A program made the translations under genes and the position numbers. Below, piece by piece: positions 59,351 to 64,000 of a stretch of DNA of 64,000 bases (position 1 is its first letter; every line of letters starts with the position of its first letter). A model generated the notes under the pieces. That model had not been told where the DNA came from, made no database searches, and saw nothing but the letters and a program-made list of their open reading frames with translations. Origin of the DNA: Salisapilia sapeloensis CBS 127946 (Eukaryota; Protista; Oomycota). The stretch covers positions 1 through 64,000 of the forward strand of contig JAADVB010000078.1 in assembly GCA_023334545.1 (NCBI GenBank). Direction: 5' to 3'.

Positions 59351-60097
59351 ATGGCGTCGATGCCGATGATGGCGAATCGGGCGTATGGTGGTGCGCAGGA
59401 GAATGAGGCGAAGGAAGTGACGTCGGAACAGATACAGGCGATGCTGGATGAGAACTCTGGGCTAATTGTTGAGATCATCAATTTAAACAATGAGATTAAA
59501 CGTGGCAAAGGAGCCCAATTAAACGAGTTTCATGAAGAGTTGGACAAGAAGCGGAAGAAGCTGAATCGGAACTTGATGACGCTCGCAAAGTGGGCGGATG
59601 AGGCCTCAAACCCGTCTCCACGGCCACAGGCAAATACGCAGCGGCAGCAGCCGAACCCACAGCAATTCAACCCTGCGTACGCCCAATATCAGCAGCAACA
59701 GCAACAGCAGCAACAGCAGCAACAACAACAGCAGCAGATGCGTCAGAACTACATGAATCCCGTTCAGATGAACACGAACATGACGCCCCAGCAGCTCGCG
59801 CAGTTCAATCAAATGCAGCAAATGCGAGCGCAGGCGATGGCACAAAGGGGGTACAACCCGGCACAGTACACGCCGAACATGGCGGCGCAGCAGTTCAACC
59901 CGCAGATGATGCAGGCGAATTCGATGGCGATGAGTGCACCTATGTACGGCGATGCTCGGAGCATGAACATGAACATGGGGTTCCAACAACCGATGGGTTT
60001 CCCACAAATGATGCAACAGCAGCAACGGATGATGCCGATGCAGCAAGACCCGAACGGGATGAACATGATGCAGCAACCGTCCGATAACAATCAATAG
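59351..60097 (+). CDS. SSXT-domain (SS18/GIF-like) Q/M-rich transcriptional coactivator
   Basis: VTSEQIQAMLDENSGLI..LNRNLMTLAKWAD followed by a Q/N/M/P-rich tail. Confidence 0.8.
   Translation: MASMPMMANRAYGGAQENEAKEVTSEQIQAMLDENSGLIVEIINLNNEIKRGKGAQLNEFHEELDKKRKKLNRNLMTLAKWADEASNPSPRPQANTQRQQPNPQQFNPAYAQYQQQQQQQQQQQQQQQQMRQNYMNPVQMNTNMTPQQLAQFNQMQQMRAQAMAQRGYNPAQYTPNMAAQQFNPQMMQANSMAMSAPMYGDARSMNMNMGFQQPMGFPQMMQQQQRMMPMQQDPNGMNMMQQPSDNNQ
59690..59737 (+). repeat. CAG/CAA microsatellite encoding 16 Gln
   Basis: Direct reading of mixed CAG and CAA codons. Confidence 0.9.
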
Positions 60098-60121
60098 CTT
60101 TTCTTTCTTTCTACAAACGTT

Positions 60122-61115
60122 TTATTCCAAATTCTCCATCAGTTGCTGCACCATCACATGCGTCTCGGCCTCGGTCAAGTGCTCCGAGTTCAAAATCGCA
60201 TTACTGATGATCGTCGTCGCGTGATTAGATGATGAATTTATCCATACGATGCCATTCATCCCGACGGCGAGTTCGAACGCAAGTTTCTTCCCAAGAGCTG
60301 AGAGGACGGCGGAATCTTCTTGAAGAAGGTTCTTGGCGAGGTTGATGGAGGTCTGGATGACATATCCGTCGGATAGTTCGCTATAGATGGCTAGACCTGT
60401 CATCCAATCTTTCTTTGGGAGGCTGGAAGGAGCTATGGAGAGGTCAGAGGGAGTGGTACAGTGGTACAAGTACAAGTGGTACCTTGGCAGGTAAGTTCGA
60501 TTTCAGACGCGGTTGGAAGGCGGCTGATACGAGCGTAGACGATGGATCCAATGCGAAGGTTTGGACGGTTACGTTTCGTTGCACCGTCAAATGCCATTGT
60601 ACCAAGTAGTGCTGTGGAGCTGTACCACTATGAGGCCACTTGGTAGTAGATGCTAATGTATGGGTGTACGTACGCTGCACCAATGTTTACACGGTAGAAA
60701 TCTGGGTTCCGGTCGGTTACGATGCCGATAACACTGTCGTCGGTGCAAGGTACGTACTAGAAAAGGTGTAAGTTCAGGAATTAGTGAGTTAGGAGACTGG
60801 GTCATACACGTTTGTGATGGAAGTCGACCCAATAGCGGTTCGCTGGACGGTATCGGAGGACTCCAGCGTTGGTAGCAACAACGTTCTCGCCTTGTTGGCG
60901 CAATCCGGCACCTACAATACTACTTCCATGAGCTATTTGTGTCATCATGAATGGAAAAAGTGTCATTCTGTGCCTAATTTCACTCGTTTCGTGTTCTTGG
61001 TAAGCAAGTCGGTCACGTCGTCGCCTGGAAGTACGACTTTAGGTGCAAATGAGAAATCAATTGCTTCCTGTGCGTCATTCAGGAACTGCGTCGCTGCGTC
61101 CGTGCCATTGCTCAT
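60122..61115 (-). CDS. RRP40: Exosome complex component RRP40/EXOSC3, multi-exon
   Basis: VVLPGD, AFDGATKRNRPNL.IGSIVYAR and FELAVGMNGIVWI. Confidence 0.9.
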
Positions 61116-61402
61116 TTTGTGTCCGAATTTGTTGTTTGCCAGCCAATAGAACATACAAAATTCAAGTCATTTAATTAAGTACGAATACAGCTAGTAGACG
61201 AGTATATATCCCATTCAATCGGTTTCTTGGAGATGCATAGCTATGATTATACTTTGTTATGTACCTGGCAATGACATGAGAACAAGAGGTCTGTTTCATA
61301 GTAACTATGAAAGATTAAGAAAGCGGTGAGAAAAGTGTCTTAGTTTGCTCCAAAGCTATAATCCTGTTATTACGGTTCTTTATCTCCTTCCTTTCGACAG
61401 TC

Positions 61403-61897
61403 TTAGGCTCTAGCACGACCTCGGCCACGGCCACGACCACGACCTCTACCACGTCCGGCAGCAGCAGTGTCTCCAGCCTTGACTTTTTCACGTGGAACAT
61501 CATCGACAAGCAATGTGTCTAGATTGAGTGAATCTGGGAGGATGTAGTAACGAATGTTGTTGCCTCGAATGCTCAGAGTATCCAGATTGACCGGATTTTT
61601 GCCTTTCACTGTCATTTTCACGGCTTTCAGATGCGTGTTCATGCTAATGTCGACTCCTATGAATACAAATCGAATCAATATGTACATCTAGACGTCTAGA
61701 GTAAGATTCTGTACCGGTGATAGTGCCATGGACGACAGTTCCGTTTTTCAGCTCGATGGTCACCGTCTCGTTAGAGAGTTTCATTAAAAACCTGCCGCAA
61801 ATATCAAGATTAAGCCACGTCAGTATACGTCTTCGATCCTAGGCTACAAGACCAGCATGTTAAAAGTGCTACAAAGGGCGTACCTGACGAGCTTCAT
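61403..61897 (-). CDS. SNRPD1: Small nuclear ribonucleoprotein SmD1, 3 exons
   Basis: [57 protein letters not shown] and a GR-repeat tail. Confidence 0.95.
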
Positions 61898-62072
61898 CCT
61901 GCACAAGTCGTCGCTGACCTCTTCCTCGGTATCGATCGATTTATTTGTCCAGGGATTTCCCCTCGTCTTTTAATTGGCGGAAATATACTTTTGAGATCAA
62001 TAATTGGTAGAAATAGTTGAATGGAAAACAACTAAAGCGGCACGAAAATCTCGAGACGCAGCTCGATAGCTC

Positions 62073-62406
62073 ATGGTACCTTCTCCTCTCTCTTGTATGC
62101 TATCTAGGATTATATAGTGATGTGTCTACTGTCTAGTCTTCTCTTATCTTGAACCCAAAGCCATTTCTCACGGGTTTGACGGGCAAACCGGTCGTCGTTC
62201 GACTGAAATGGGGCATGGAATACAAGGGCGTGCTCGTTTCGGTCGACTCGTATATGAACCTCCAGCTCACTTCTACGGAAGAATTCGTCGGTGGTGAATC
62301 TGCTGGAGAGCTCGGTGAAGTGCTCATCCGTTGCAACAACGTCCTCTTCATCCGTGGTCTCCTGGACGATGAAAAAGCTCCTGCCGGTGCAGACGTGCAG
62401 GCGTAG
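62073..62406 (+). CDS. SNRPF: Small nuclear ribonucleoprotein SmF, 2 exons
   Basis: ATG at 62073, intron 62076-62136, then [42 protein letters not shown]. Confidence 0.93.
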
Positions 62407-62521
62407 AATAGGCCATCTTATTCTCTTCAATATACCCCTCGTGACTAGAATGACGTTACCGACGCATGACGAAACAAAGGAACGCACATGGGTTTACTTG
62501 CATTGATAGAGCTCTTGTCTG

Positions 62522-64000
62522 TTACTCTTCCGACGCTAAGAAATCGAATACATCTTTTTCATCCAAATCGGCGTTAAAGTCGAGTCCCGGGAGATTCGAA
62601 AAGTCGAGTGTGTCATCTTCGAGGGATGCGACTGGGTTGTTGTCATTCAAGATAGACGCCAACGTATCTTCGTTCATATCAGCCCCACCGTCCGGCTTAT
62701 TATCACTTGGCTGCACCGACTCGGACGGCGGATCTTGGGTGGCTGCTACAGGTACCGACTGCGGCGGATCCTCTTCCTGCTGTGTCACGTGCGAGACTTC
62801 GACCTTGCGGTTGAGCATCTGACGATGGATACTCATCTGCGTGCACATGGCGCGATGGATGTCTGCCAAATCCACATGGGAACTCGCGGCTTCACTGGCA
62901 TATGTATCTGGTACACTTGCGGTACTTAATGTTGGTATCTCGGATGCGGTCGATGGATTTGGCATCATACGAGGGGAAAGAAGCATGTTGAGGATGTTCC
63001 ACTGCGGGTCATTCGGATCTGGTGGGATGGGCATTTGGAATGGGTGCCGCATCTGGGTTGACGTCGACAACTGCTGCTGGAACGCCATTTCCTGCAAAAG
63101 CTGGGCATTGTACCGCGTACCCATGTTCATACTGGATGCAAGAGCTTGAGATAGGTCCATGTTTGGTACAGTCAGGTACGAGTTGGCCGGCGGCTGCGTA
63201 CTCGGCTGGTACATGCTCTTGGATCGCGGCAATGGTTTCTTCCGACTGGCTGATGCGTCGGAATTTGACCGCCGCATACGTCGCTTAGGTGATTGCTGTA
63301 CCGTTTGCGTCTCTTCTTCATCTTCATTCACACTTTCATCTGCATCACTCGGATCGTCGCTATTGGTACTGTTCGCTGGTACAGGCATGACGAAAGAGGA
63401 GGTCGTCGCCGTCGATGGCGTTTTCGACGACCTCTTCCTCTTGAGGCTACGCTTGACGCTATCATCGAACATTTCAAAGAACTCTTGGCGCGATCGTTCA
63501 TAGTTCAGCCGATATTTCTGAAGATGACTTTTCAATCGCTCGGTCGTAAGTCCGGCCGTGTGAGCTGTATTGCCCATGACCTGTGATTGCGTCAGTCGTA
63601 TGGCTCATGCACATTGGCGTATGTAGAACGTACGGAGAGGAGGGCTTTTGGGGACGCGTTCTTGAGACCAACTATATCAATTGCACGGACATGAGCGAAT
63701 GAAACGCATATCGGATACAGATTCAGATTAGAATGTACGGTCAAAGATGGCGGCGACAAAGCACCGGTGAAGTTCATCCGGCCATACGAAACGATCGGTC
63801 TTGCGTTCATACTTGCGCTGTTTCATCTTCGTACTCTTGCGTTTCGTGCTTTTGTCATGTGGAGGCGACGAGTCGGTGGACGCGATCGGGTCGTCGCCGT
63901 CTTTGACGGAAGCGACGCTACGGGTGAGACTGGCGTCATGCTCCTTGTTTTGCCTTGGCATCGTGTACGCCCGCCGGGCAGTCGAGCCAGCGAAGGTCAT
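62522..64000 (-). CDS. GARP/SHAQKYF-class MYB-like transcription factor; 5' end outside the window
   Basis: RFVWPDELHRCFVAAIFD, GLKNASPKALL and LTTERLKSHLQKYRL, split by introns. Confidence 0.85.

Noticed and set aside
1-64000. tRNA, rRNA, snRNA genes, selenocysteine or recoded stops
   Set aside because: None recognised. All apparent in-frame stops in conserved genes are explained by short GT-AG introns.

Overview
Eukaryotic nuclear DNA, most likely from an oomycete (inferred from oomycete-type gene families, an INR/FPR-like promoter motif and flagellar genes). It is not prokaryotic, and many ORF-track entries are antisense shadows or intron-split fragments. About 40 protein-coding genes sit in very compact blocks with ~50-nt GT-AG introns. 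They are mostly housekeeping: UCH37, NEDD8, ARFRP1, three mitoribosomal proteins, LSm7/SmD1/SmF, CSL4/RRP40, POP5, SAP18, AP-3 delta, COQ6, PIG-P, CHMP1, PNP, WDR44, SPAG1-like, ATAD5/ELG1, a P450, two divergent VDACs, NudC, ISCA1, an SSXT protein and a GARP-type MYB. A ~13-kb gene desert (about 4.7-18.0 kb) interrupts them. It holds decayed LRR- and ankyrin-like fragments and a ~2.4-kb very AT-rich island that appears to carry a broken D5-like/SF3 primase-helicase, suggesting an endogenous viral or Polinton-like relic. Other leads are a TA/CTAG excess in non-coding DNA together with TAG-dominated splice acceptors (a possible cytosine-mutating defence process), a ~200-nt imperfect hairpin at 48.65-48.85 kb, a P450 with an atypical heme motif, and a membrane protein with a bacterial-style LamG-like domain. 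No rRNA, tRNA or CRISPR array was recognised. Family assignments come from motif recognition by eye; no database searches were run.
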